64,000 bases of DNA from Vicinamibacterales bacterium (GTDB lineage Bacteria; Acidobacteriota; Vicinamibacteria; Vicinamibacterales; JAMQPK01): contig CAVVBP010000007.1 in assembly GCA_963746535.1 (NCBI GenBank), forward strand, positions 684,149 through 748,148, given 5' to 3'. The notes under the pieces are model-generated. The model had not been told where the DNA came from and did not search any database. It saw nothing but the letters and a program-made list of their open reading frames with translations. Position 1 is the first letter of the stretch. Every line of letters starts with the position of its first letter. The position numbers and the translations under genes are program-made. Positions 23,408-32,284 of this stretch are shown here, in pieces.

Positions 23408-25127
23408 ATGCTTGGTCCCATCTTTATCAGCTACGCATCCGCTGACCAGGACACTGCCGATCGACTGGTCCGGGAGATCGAGCGGCGTAACGTCCCTTGC
23501 TGGATTGCGTCGCGGAACATTCGTCCGGGCGAGGATTACCAGCGCGCCATTGTCAGCGCGCTGGAGTCGTGCTCAGCGGTGCTACTGCTCTTTTCCGAGA
23601 ACGCGAGCCAGTCGACTGAGATCCCGAGAGAGCTCGGGCTCGCTGGCAAGTATCGGAAGACGGTGATTCCTGCGCGGTTGCAGGATATTGTGCCTAGCGG
23701 CTCGTTGGCCTATCAGCTGACGACAGCCCAGTTCATCGACCTGTTCGTCAACTTCGAGGCAAAAGTCGACGAGTTATGTCTCCGGCTGGCGGAGTTTCAT
23801 CAGGCTGCGGGGCCGGTTCGAGAGCGGATCACACAGGAGCGGGCGCAGCGCGAATCGACGCAGAGACTTAAGTGGGCAGGGCTGCTGGGCGCGACGGGTA
23901 TCGTGTGCGTGGCGCTCCTGGTCACGATCGGTCCGAAGGCATGGACGTGGATGAACGGGCATCAGGCGGACACGCTGGAGCCGGCGGATTCGAAGTTGGT
24001 CGAACCGGCTGCAACAAGACCCGTGGAGCCGACTTCCACGACCTCGCCGCAGCCGCGACCGCGCGCGTCCACGAACGCTCCGGTTGCGGTGGCGCCTCCA
24101 ACGGAGCCGATTTCCGTGGCCTCACCGCAGCGCCAACCGGGCGTGTCGGCGAGCGCTCCGGTTGCAGTGCCGCCTCCAACACCGTCTGCTGCCGTTGCGG
24201 CAGGCTCTTCCGCCGGTGTATCAGCCCCCGGTGTCCTGGGCAGCCGTGACGTTTGACGGTGTGCGCTTCAACCTCGTCAGCGTCACGGCAGGCGATCGTA
24301 GTGTCACGGCGTTCGTCACCGCCACCAACATATCTGATGGCAAGATCAGGCTGATGCCGTTTGCGTATTCGGCACCCAGAGCCATCGATGATCAAGGGAA
24401 TGTCAGCACGGTACTGGCGATACGCGGAATCCGTGGGTGCTCGAGCGCGTCCGCGGCGAACTGTATGCGGCCCGATCGCGAGTGGTCCGAGGCATATCCG
24501 AACAGCCCGCTGAACATTATTTTGCAGTTCGCCGGGAGCGACTCTTTTACGGGCTCGACATTGGCCCTGTCGTTCGGCGCGTTCATCGCGGTCGGGACAG
24601 CCGACGGAGAGTACCGGCGACCGACGCTGGTGCCCGTCGCGTTTGCAAATGTGCCCCTCAAGACCGGTGCCGTGCCCGCTACGCCGCTGGCAGGCACCAC
24701 CTACGATGGCGTCCGATTCGAGGTTGCGCGTGTAATGGCGCTGGAGCGACGGATGCTCGTTCATGTGATTGCGACCAACACGCTGGATCGAAAGGTGAAG
24801 CTGCAACCGTTCGGCTATTCGGAACCGCAGGCCATCGATGACCGCGGCAATACAAGTACCGGATCGGTGGAGTTCAGCGGGATTCCGGTCTGTGCGAGCG
24901 CTTCGCTTTCGAACTGCATGGCTCCGGAACGTGAATGGTCGAATGCCTATCCGAACAGCCCCCTGAACATCGTCCTTCAGTTCTACACGCAGGAGGGCTT
25001 TTCCGGTACGAGCGCCGCGATCTCGTTCGGTGTTCTGGTCGGGTCGGACGAAGAGGATGGAAGGATTGGGAGTCCGAAGCTGATTCCCGTCAGCTTCGCC
25101 GGCCTGCCGCTGAAGTCTCGACAATAG
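23408..25127 (+). CDS. TIR-domain protein with one transmembrane helix, a Pro-rich linker and two tandem ~140-aa Cys-containing domains (one frame change near 24195..24250)
   Basis: Track ORF 23321..24256 has a likely start at ATG 23408. It carries a TIR_2-like N-terminus (IFISYASADQDTADRLVREIERRNVPCWIASRNIRPGEDYQRAIVSALESCSAVLLLFSENASQSTEIPRELG). A transmembrane helix (WAGLLGATGIVCVALLVTIGP) and a Pro/Ala/Ser/Thr-rich linker follow. Track ORF 24084..25127 supplies two homologous repeats (...YDGVRF...AIDDQGN...C-x8-C...REWSEAYPNSPLNIILQF...). This second part has no signal peptide of its own. Confidence 0.7.
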
Positions 25128-25263
25128 GCGTCTAATCGCACTTGTCGCCCCTCGACCGCGGACGCCGGGTGTCATGAGCCTCATCCATCGGCGAGAGCCC
25201 GTTCGAGCAGATCGCCGACCCGCAGGATTTCGGCCTGCCCACAAATGGGATCGAGCGTGCCGG

Positions 25264-25527
25264 TCACGGGCGGTCGAGTCTTTCGATCTCTGGATACGCT
25301 TTCCGCGCGAGCTCATCGCCCAGTATCAACTGAGCAAGCCGGAGGAACTCCTCACGCGGCGAGGCACTGGGATATCGCTGGCGGACCCCCGCGAGGGCCA
25401 GTTGCCGCACGGTCGCCGTCATTTGCAGCGTCAATTGCAGCTTTTGTCCCGGTGTCATCGCGCGCCATACCTCGATCTGGCGCTGCTCGATGTCGCCGCT
25501 CGTGTCGTGGGCAAGGGGCGGCCTCAC
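25264..25527 (-). CDS. Small helical hypothetical protein (87 aa)
   Basis: Track ORF. MTPGQKLQLTLQMTATVRQLALAGVRQRYPSASPREEFLRLAQLILGDELARKAY resembles a widespread small all-helical family of unknown function. Confidence 0.5.
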   Translation of the reverse strand: MRPPLAHDTSGDIEQRQIEVWRAMTPGQKLQLTLQMTATVRQLALAGVRQRYPSASPREEFLRLAQLILGDELARKAYPEIERLDRP

Positions 25528-25655
25528 GACTGGATTATAGGCCGTGGCTGAAGCGGAGACTGCCGGGGAGGGGCCGTGAGCCGGTTCCGCCGCGGATGGC
25601 GCATCTTCCAGAGACGGCCGTGGGCCATAACGCCTGGACGGTCCTGGAGGGTGCC

Positions 25656-26630
25656 ATGGAGAGCCGGATTCTTCGTTCGATCGTCCCCTGCATCGCCTGC
25701 GCGTTGATGAGCCTCGCGACGCCTGCGCAGGCCGAGGTCTGCATCACCGTCGACACCACCCGCGACACGTTCTCGCCAGGCGAGCAGGCGGCCGCGGTGC
25801 TCCTGATGGAGCGGCAGTTCCAGCAGGCCGGCGAGCGTGTCCTGCCCGAGGGGTGTGCATCGCAGTATTCCCTGACCCACGTCCGCCTCGGCAACACGAT
25901 CGTCGTCTCCATCGAAGGTCCGGGAGGCCGGCGCGAAGGGATTGCGCTCGGGATGGACGATCTGCCGGCGCTCTACAACCAGATGGCGCTGTCGATTGTC
26001 ACCGGACGCCCGATGGAAGGGTTCAACGTGATCGACCGCACGAACGTCACCGCATCGCAGTCCGAAGCGCCGCGACGCGTGCACACCGACTCGCTGTGGT
26101 ACGCCCGGCTGGGCTACGGAAGTCTCTTTGGCAACGACTCCTATGGCACGCCCGCGCTGGGATTCGGCTACCGCGCCGAGCTGGATGCGTTTGCCATCGA
26201 CGTGTCGTTCCTCAACTTTCAGTTCAGCGCCAACGACACCTACTCGTCACGCGGCGCCACGACGCAGTCGCTGCTGAAGCTGTCGGGGCTCTACTTCCTC
26301 AGTCCAAGAGCGAATCGCTCTGCCTACTTCGGCGGCGGGCTGAGCTACGGGCATCAGGACTTCGGGGGCGGAGACTATACCGTCACGAACGGCTACTACT
26401 CATCCGGTTACGAAGGCAGCGGCCTGCAGGGTGAGCTGACAGCCGGATACGAATTCGCGCGCGTCACGACCTTCAGAATGTTCGTGCAGGCTGACGCGGT
26501 GCTGCCGTTCTACGAGGCCACGTCCGAGACCTATGCGATCCCGTCGAGGACGAGCACGGCGCCGCCGGTGCCGACGACCAGCCGCCGCTATGCGCCGTCG
26601 CTCGTCGTGTCGATCGGCGTCGGGAGATAG
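25656..26630 (+). CDS. Secreted protein with probable C-terminal beta-barrel/outer-membrane-like region
   Basis: This is part of track ORF 25245..26630 with an in-frame ATG at 25656. It has a signal peptide (MESRILRSIVPCIACALMSLATPAQA). The C-terminal half is rich in alternating aromatic/Gly strands (LWYARLGYGSLFG, ALGFGYRAEL, LSGLYFLS, YFGGGLSYG, LTAGYEFA). Confidence 0.6.
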   Translation: MESRILRSIVPCIACALMSLATPAQAEVCITVDTTRDTFSPGEQAAAVLLMERQFQQAGERVLPEGCASQYSLTHVRLGNTIVVSIEGPGGRREGIALGMDDLPALYNQMALSIVTGRPMEGFNVIDRTNVTASQSEAPRRVHTDSLWYARLGYGSLFGNDSYGTPALGFGYRAELDAFAIDVSFLNFQFSANDTYSSRGATTQSLLKLSGLYFLSPRANRSAYFGGGLSYGHQDFGGGDYTVTNGYYSSGYEGSGLQGELTAGYEFARVTTFRMFVQADAVLPFYEATSETYAIPSRTSTAPPVPTTSRRYAPSLVVSIGVGR

Positions 26631-26654
26631 CGGTGCGCCGGAAGGCGCGTTCTC

Positions 26655-28583
26655 TCAGTAGGCCATCGCGTAGCAGTCACGACGCGGATCGCCCGCGGCG
26701 ATCCGATTGCCGGATGCGGGATCGATCATGACGGCCGTCGCGCAGCCGGACATGCCGAACGGCCGCAACCGGCTGACGTCGTGACCGCGCGCGCGCAGCT
26801 CGTTGTACACCGCGTCGGGAACCGTCGCCTCGACGTTGAGCTGGTTGAACCCAGGTTCGTGCGGCCAGAACGAACCGTAGAAGTGCAGCGTCTGCACGCG
26901 CGGCCGCTCGAGCGCCCCGTGCAGGTTCGGATACCAGTCGTCCCAGAACTCCACGACGCTCAGGAACGCCTGCAGGATCGTCTGGTCCTGATTGTCGCCG
27001 CCGGGCGTGCCGAGCGCCATCATCGGCGTGTCGCCCTTGAACACGAGGCTCGGCGTCAACGTGTAGCGCGGCCGCGCACGCGGACGAATCTGGTTCGCGC
27101 GCGTCTTGTCCAGCCAGAACTGCTCGCCGCGCACGCTCATGCCGATGCCGGTGTCGCCGAGAATGACCGCGCCCGGCACCCAGCCGCCACTCGGCGTCAC
27201 GTCGAAGACGTTGCCGTCCTTGTCGATGACCGCCATGTGCGTCGTGTCCTTCGACACGCCGGCGGAGTCCTGGCCGAGCGACGACGGCGCGCGGAGCCGG
27301 AGCCGCGCGCGCCGTCGTCGTGCCCGGTCGCGGACGTTCGCCTTCCAGTACGGCCACTCCTTCACCTGGGAGTCGAACCGGAGCGGATCGCCGGCGACGA
27401 ACGCCGTCGACGCGCGCTTCGGGGATCGATGAGCGCGGCACGCTCTTTCGCGTACGCCTTCGACAGGAGCCCTTCGGCCGGCACCTGCACGAACGCCGGA
27501 TCCGCGTAGTACGAATCGCGGTCCGCGTACGCGAGCTTCATCGCTTCGACGATGGTGTGGAGGTAGTCGGCGCTCGCGTAGCCCATCGCGTGCAGATCGA
27601 ACTGCTCGAGGATGTTGAGCGTCTGCAGCAGCACCGGGCCCTGGCTGCCGAACCCGTGCTTGTAGACGGTGTAGCCGCGGTAGGTCGTCCGCGCCGGCTC
27701 CTCGATGCGCGCGAAGTACTCGGCGAAGTCGCTCTCGTCGAACGGCGCGTCGTGCTTGCGCAGGAACGCCACCATCTCGCGGGCGATGTCGCCCTTGTAG
27801 AAGCGATCGCGCGCCGCGATGATGCCGGCGGCGCGTCCGCGGGCCTTCGCGCGCGCGTTCGGCCTCGACCATGCGGCGCAGCGTTCGTGGCAGTCGCCGG
27901 CAGCTTGATGGTTTCGCCGGGCTTGTAGGGCGACCCGTCGGGCTTGAGCCAGTAGCGTCTTGTTCCCCGGCCAGCGTTCGAAGAACTTGAGCTGCGTTCT
28001 GAATCGCGCGTGCCGTGCTCGAGCGCATGCGGAAAGCCACGCTCCGCGTAGCCGATGGCCGGCGCCGCCACGTCCTCGAAGCTCATCGTGCCCCACCGCT
28101 CGAGCACGGTGAGCGCGGCGTGGAGCGCGCCCGGCACGACCGCGGGATCGAGGCCCTCGCCCTGCAGGTTTTTCTGACGCGAGAGGTACCAGTCCACGTC
28201 GACCGCGTGCGGCGCCCAGCCCTGTCCGACGACCGATGTGACCTTGCCTTCCTTCTTCGGATAGACGAGCACCAGCGCCTCGCCGCCGAGGCTGTAGAGG
28301 TCCTGCTCGAGCACGCCGCCGGCGAGCAGCGCGGCGACGCCGGCGTCGAAGGCGTTGCCGCCCTTCAGCAGGATGCCGAACGCCGCGGCGGTCGTCAGCG
28401 GATGACCGGTCGAGACACGCCGCCCGATGGCCCCATCACGGCCGGCCGCAGCGCCGATCCGGCCGGCTGCTGATCCTGGACAGGCACCTGCGCGAGGGCA
28501 ACACAGACGAAACCCGTCGCGATGACGGCAGCGGCCAGGAAGCCCGCGCGCCGGGGATGACGCTTCGCCGGGTGTTGCTTCAT
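26655..28583 (-). pseudogene. ggt: Gamma-glutamyltransferase, interrupted by at least five frameshifts
   Basis: The pieces lie in track ORFs 28395..28619 (signal MKQHPAKRHPRRAGFLAAAVIATGFVCVALA), 27538..28626 (TTAAAFGILLKGGNAFDAGVAALLAG), 27362..28096 and 26655..28040. The last contains the autoprocessing site context SKDTTHMAVIDKDGNVFDVTPSGGW. Confidence 0.85.
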
Positions 28584-28652
28584 GCTCGACAATCCTCTTC
28601 TTGATATGTCTGGGCCCAAGCCCCAAGCCCTAAGCCCTAAGCCCTAAAAGTG

Positions 28653-30164
28653 CTACGGCACGAGCATCCGGATCATGCCGTCCTGCCTCGACGTGATGAA
28701 CAGCTCGCCGTCGCGGCTGCGGCTGATGTGCAGGTCGGCGCGCGTGACGGTCGCGCCCATCGTCCGCTCGACGAGCTCCTGCAACGAGACGTACGACGCG
28801 GTTGCCGCTCGGCGTCGCGCACGTAGAGCTGAATTTCCTCGATCGGCGCCACGGTCTGCGGAATGCCGTCGTCGGCCTTCTTCATCGCCGCGAGGTCGGC
28901 CGCGAACAGACGCCCCCGCTGGATGTCGCCGAAGACGAACTTGCCGCGCAGCGCGGCGATGCGGCCGTGATAGGCGAACCCGCCGCGTCACGGCCCGCCC
29001 TTCGTCGTGGTCGTAGATCGCGACCGGATAGGTGAACCCGTCCTTCGCGCGCCCGTCCAGGATGTCCGCCGGCAGCGGGATACAGCTGGTTGAGCGCGCC
29101 GCCCGGCCGCGTGATCGCCGTTCTCGAAGAGCCCCTCGCGCTTCATCCAGCCGTAGTTCTCGCCGTTGCGGACGATGTTGATCTCCTCGATGTGGTTCAT
29201 GCCGATGTCGGAGGCGAACATCGTCCCGTCGGTGAGGTCCCACGACAGCCGGTGCGCGTTGCGGAAGCCGTAGGCGTAGATCTCGCCGAGCGTCTTCGGA
29301 TCGCCGTCGGCGGCGAACTTGTTGACCGCCGGAATCGTGTAGTCGCCGAGGCCCTTCACGCCGCCCGTCACCGACGGGCTGCGCGGATCGATGCGCAGGA
29401 TCGCGCGTGATGATCGAGTCGAGCCGCTGCGTCTGGCCGGGGTTGTTCGCGTTCGGCCCGCCGCCGTTGCTGAATCCGAGATCGCTGCCGCTCGTGTAGA
29501 GCAGGCCGTAGTCGGGCGCGCCGGGCTTCGCCGTCGGGTTGAACTCGACGGCGCCCATCGGATGGGTCAGGTTGGCGACGACGTGCGCCACGCGAAGCAG
29601 CTCGCGCCGCGTGCCCTCGAACGTGTTCGCCGCCGGATTCGTCGCGTGCCACTCGGTGATGACGTTGTGGTAGGTCACGTCCTTCAGCGTGAAGCCCGGC
29701 GGGATGAAGTTCGGCGTCGCGGGATTGCCCGGCCGCGCGCTCGCCGTGCACGGTGTAGAACAGGCCGTTCCGCGCGAACTCCGGATGGAAGGCGAATCCG
29801 ATGAAGCCGCTCTCGAGCCGGTTGTAGATCGCGAGCGGAAACGCCGGCGCCGACGTTCGCGTACACCGACGGCTGATTGTTGCGATCGAGCAGGTACAGG
29901 AAGCCGCGCGAGTCGTTGGCGAAGCGGCGGCCGTCGGGAAGATCGCGCACGTAGCTGACGCGCGCCCAGCCGGCCGGCGTCACGTCCTGATCGGCGGGAC
30001 GCAGCCCGCGCGTGTCGGGCAGGCGCACGACGTCCTTGATCTCGACGCATCAGGCCGCGCTTCTCGACCGGCGCCGGAATCGGGTTGGCGGTGATCTGCG
30101 CGTAGATCGCGCCAGCGGTCCAAACCGCCAGCAGCAGGACGGTAAAGAACAGCCGCATCCGCAT
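28653..30164 (-). pseudogene. PQQ-dependent sugar (glucose/sorbosone) dehydrogenase-like beta-propeller, interrupted by about eight frameshifts
   Basis: It has a signal peptide (MRMRLFFTVLLLAVWTAGAIYA). Conserved blocks are spread over track ORFs 28653..30164, 29684..30028, 29368..29751, 28988..29371 and 28673..28885. Examples are FANDSRGFLYLLD, YGFRNAHRLSWD, IEEINIVRNGENYGW and GELFITSRQDGMI. Confidence 0.7.
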
Positions 30165-30200
30165 GGAATCCTCCCGGGCTTGGTGTGCAGGAGCCTTATA

Positions 30201-31373
30201 TCAGATCCTCCGGGCGCCCTTTCGCCCCGATCGGCGTCGGCCGGTAGGGCGGAACTTTAGTTCCGCCGCGAGTTCCGCTGCGGGGCGGCCGCGGCCGTCC
30301 GGAGACGACAGGCGCAGCGATGCACCCAGGAATCGGGCGTAGCGTTCAACCGCGGCGGGCAGCGCGCGTTGCTCGTGCCTGGTCAACGTCCGTAGTGGAT
30401 GCGCGTGAATCAGGCCGTCCCCGGATTCCCGCGTCGTTCTCCATGTGCCGGCCACCTGCCCGGCGATGACGAGCGTGTGCTGAAAGATCACGGGCTTTCC
30501 GCCCGACGGGACGATCGATGGACCGTGCGGCACAGCCTCGCGATCGCGGTACGACACAAGGTACTCGTCGTAGATCGGAAGCAGATGGACGAGATCGGCG
30601 CGTGTCGTGGTGCCCGGGCCGCCAGTGCTCACGCTCCAGTACGTCCGCCCATCCACCTCCTCGAGCCGGGCCCGAATGATCTCGAGCCCTCTGCGCGCAT
30701 CTGCCGTCATCAGCCCTGACCACCACACGAAGTCTCGAATGGTGGCGGGCCCATGGCTCCTGAAGTAGCGGCGGCTCAGCGTGGCCAGGGCTTCGTCGCG
30801 CGACAGGCGCGCCGCGTCTGGTGCCCGTTCGGCCATGAGCGCATAGGTGAACTGTTTGTCGCGGCGAGGGCCGCTGCAGATGACCCCCTCGAGCTCGGCA
30901 TAGATCGACAGGAGCGCGAGCGGGACGTTCTCGAGCGCGAGCCCCGATTGCCGCAGCTTGTCGCCCAGCTCTCGACGCGTGAGGTAGCGCCGATCGGCGA
31001 GCGCGCGCTCGATGATGGACGTGCCGCGAGTGAGGGTGGCGGTGTCGAGGCCGTATCGTCGGCGGTAGGACGCCATCGCCCGGTGCACCTGCGGCGCCGT
31101 CAACTCGACGAGCCAGCGAATGTCGGCGGGCGTGACGAAGTGCCAGGTCGGGCGCATCGCGTGCGTCCGGAGAATCCGGCCCTGGTCGAAGGCACGCTGG
31201 ATATCCGCGTCGGCCGTGCCGTCCTGCATGCGCAGGGCGAGGGCCCATTTCGCCGGTTCGAACTCCTGCGCCTGCATGGCGCCGAACCAGGCAATCACAT
31301 CGGATGGCCGTCGGAACCCGGGCCGCGTCAGGCGCTGGTTCAGGAGTCTGCGCTCGGCGATGTCTGGATTCAC
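30201..31373 (-). CDS. Winged-helix DNA-binding protein of the YcaQ/AlkZ family (putative interstrand-crosslink DNA glycosylase)
   Basis: Track ORF 30201..31688 with a likely GTG start at 31371..31373 (MNPDIAERRLLNQRL...). It contains FGAMQAQEF (the Q-x-Q motif of this family), THAMRPTWHF and RYFRSHGPATIRDFVWWSG. The C-terminal ~15 codons read through a REP hairpin. Confidence 0.75.
   Translation of the reverse strand: MNPDIAERRLLNQRLTRPGFRRPSDVIAWFGAMQAQEFEPAKWALALRMQDGTADADIQRAFDQGRILRTHAMRPTWHFVTPADIRWLVELTAPQVHRAMASYRRRYGLDTATLTRGTSIIERALADRRYLTRRELGDKLRQSGLALENVPLALLSIYAELEGVICSGPRRDKQFTYALMAERAPDAARLSRDEALATLSRRYFRSHGPATIRDFVWWSGLMTADARRGLEIIRARLEEVDGRTYWSVSTGGPGTTTRADLVHLLPIYDEYLVSYRDREAVPHGPSIVPSGGKPVIFQHTLVIAGQVAGTWRTTRESGDGLIHAHPLRTLTRHEQRALPAAVERYARFLGASLRLSSPDGRGRPAAELAAELKFRPTGRRRSGRKGARRI
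30248..30267. repeat. REP-like hairpin variant (GGCGGAAC-TTTA-GTTCCGCC)
   Basis: Perfect 8-bp stem preceded by CCGGTAG. It lies inside the 3-prime end of the YcaQ-like ORF. Confidence 0.8.
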
Positions 31374-31499
31374 TTTTTCATCAGCATATAGCCGTTCGCG
31401 AGTCACCGGGGTCTGACTCCAGTTTGCTCTTGCATTGCCGGCGGGGTTCGATCTAGCATGGCGAAAGTAAAGCGAAAGTCTGTTGAGAGGACCGAGACC

Positions 31500-32284
31500 A
31501 TGCCGACAGCCCCAGCCCTGAGCGAGCCGAAAGCGCCAGCCCTTCGCGAGTCGAAAGGGCGCGACCACCTCGAAGCCCTCCTTCGCCACCGCCAGCTCGA
31601 CCACACGCTTTGGGGTCTGACCCCCGGGGGGCAGACCCCATACCCACCCGCTGGCTGGTGCCGACCGGGATTGCCCCCCTCGACGCACGCCTCGAGGGGG
31701 GTCTACCCCGCGGTCATTTATCAGAGGTGGTTGGTCCGCGGTCTTCGGGGCGCCTCGCGGTGGCCGTGTCGGCGCTGGCCGGTGCGACGTCGCGCGGCGA
31801 AGCCGTCGCCCTCATCGATCCCCTCGACATGTTCGATCCGGTGTCGGCCCATCACATCGATTTCCAACGCATGCTGTGGGTGCGCGGCGAGGCGACGTCG
31901 TCGTCGCGCGTCAGTTTGTCGTTGGAATACGGCACGCTGCAGAAAAGCCTCGATCGTGGGGTGAAGGCGCTGAACATCGTGCTGCAGGCGGGCGGATTCG
32001 GGCTCGTCGTGCTCGATCTCGGAGAGGTCGCGCCTCAGGCCATCAAGCGGTTGCCGTATACGACATGGCTGCGGCTGCAGCGCGTCATCGAAGGCAGCGA
32101 CACGGCGTGCGTGCTGGTGGGCAGCGAGCCGATCGCGCGCAGCAGCGGGGGAGCGACGGTGCTCCTGGCCCCCGGCTCCGGGCTCCCGGCTGAAGCCAGC
32201 TTCATTACCGCTCGCGTCGTTCGGTCAAGAGCCATCGAGAGCGATCACCATGTTCGCGTGCCTTTATCTGCCGCCGCCTGCTAA
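31500..32284 (+). CDS. imuA: ImuA-like (RecA/SulA-fold) translesion-synthesis accessory protein, one frame change in a C5G6 run at 31621..31631
   Basis: Track ORF 31610..32284 contains PTGIAPLDARLEGGLPRGHLSEVVGPRSSGRLAVAVSALAG...GFGLVVLDL. The N-terminus (MPTAPALSEPK...LEALLRHRQLDHTLWGLTPGG) lies in track ORF 31458..31964. Adding one G in the run joins them (..GGADPIPTRWLVPTG..). The start could be ATG 31500 or ATG 31458. Confidence 0.75.

Noticed and set aside
25130-25263. 28-codon ORF overlapping (GTGA) the stop of the 25264..25527 gene, possibly a toxin remnant
   Set aside because: It is too short and has no recognisable motif. I cannot support it as a feature.
28615-28647. (CCCTAAG)-like tract reminiscent of telomeric TTAGGG/CCCTAA repeats
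   Set aside because: It is a 7-nt unit (AAGCCCT), internal to the sequence and only about 4-5 units long. It fits the local short-period intergenic repeat class, not a replicon end.
31374-31499. LexA/SOS operator upstream of imuA
   Set aside because: I read both strands for CTGT-N8-ACAG, GAAC-N4-GTTC and GTTC-N7-GTTC patterns and found none. A degenerate or lineage-specific box cannot be excluded without a PSSM scan.
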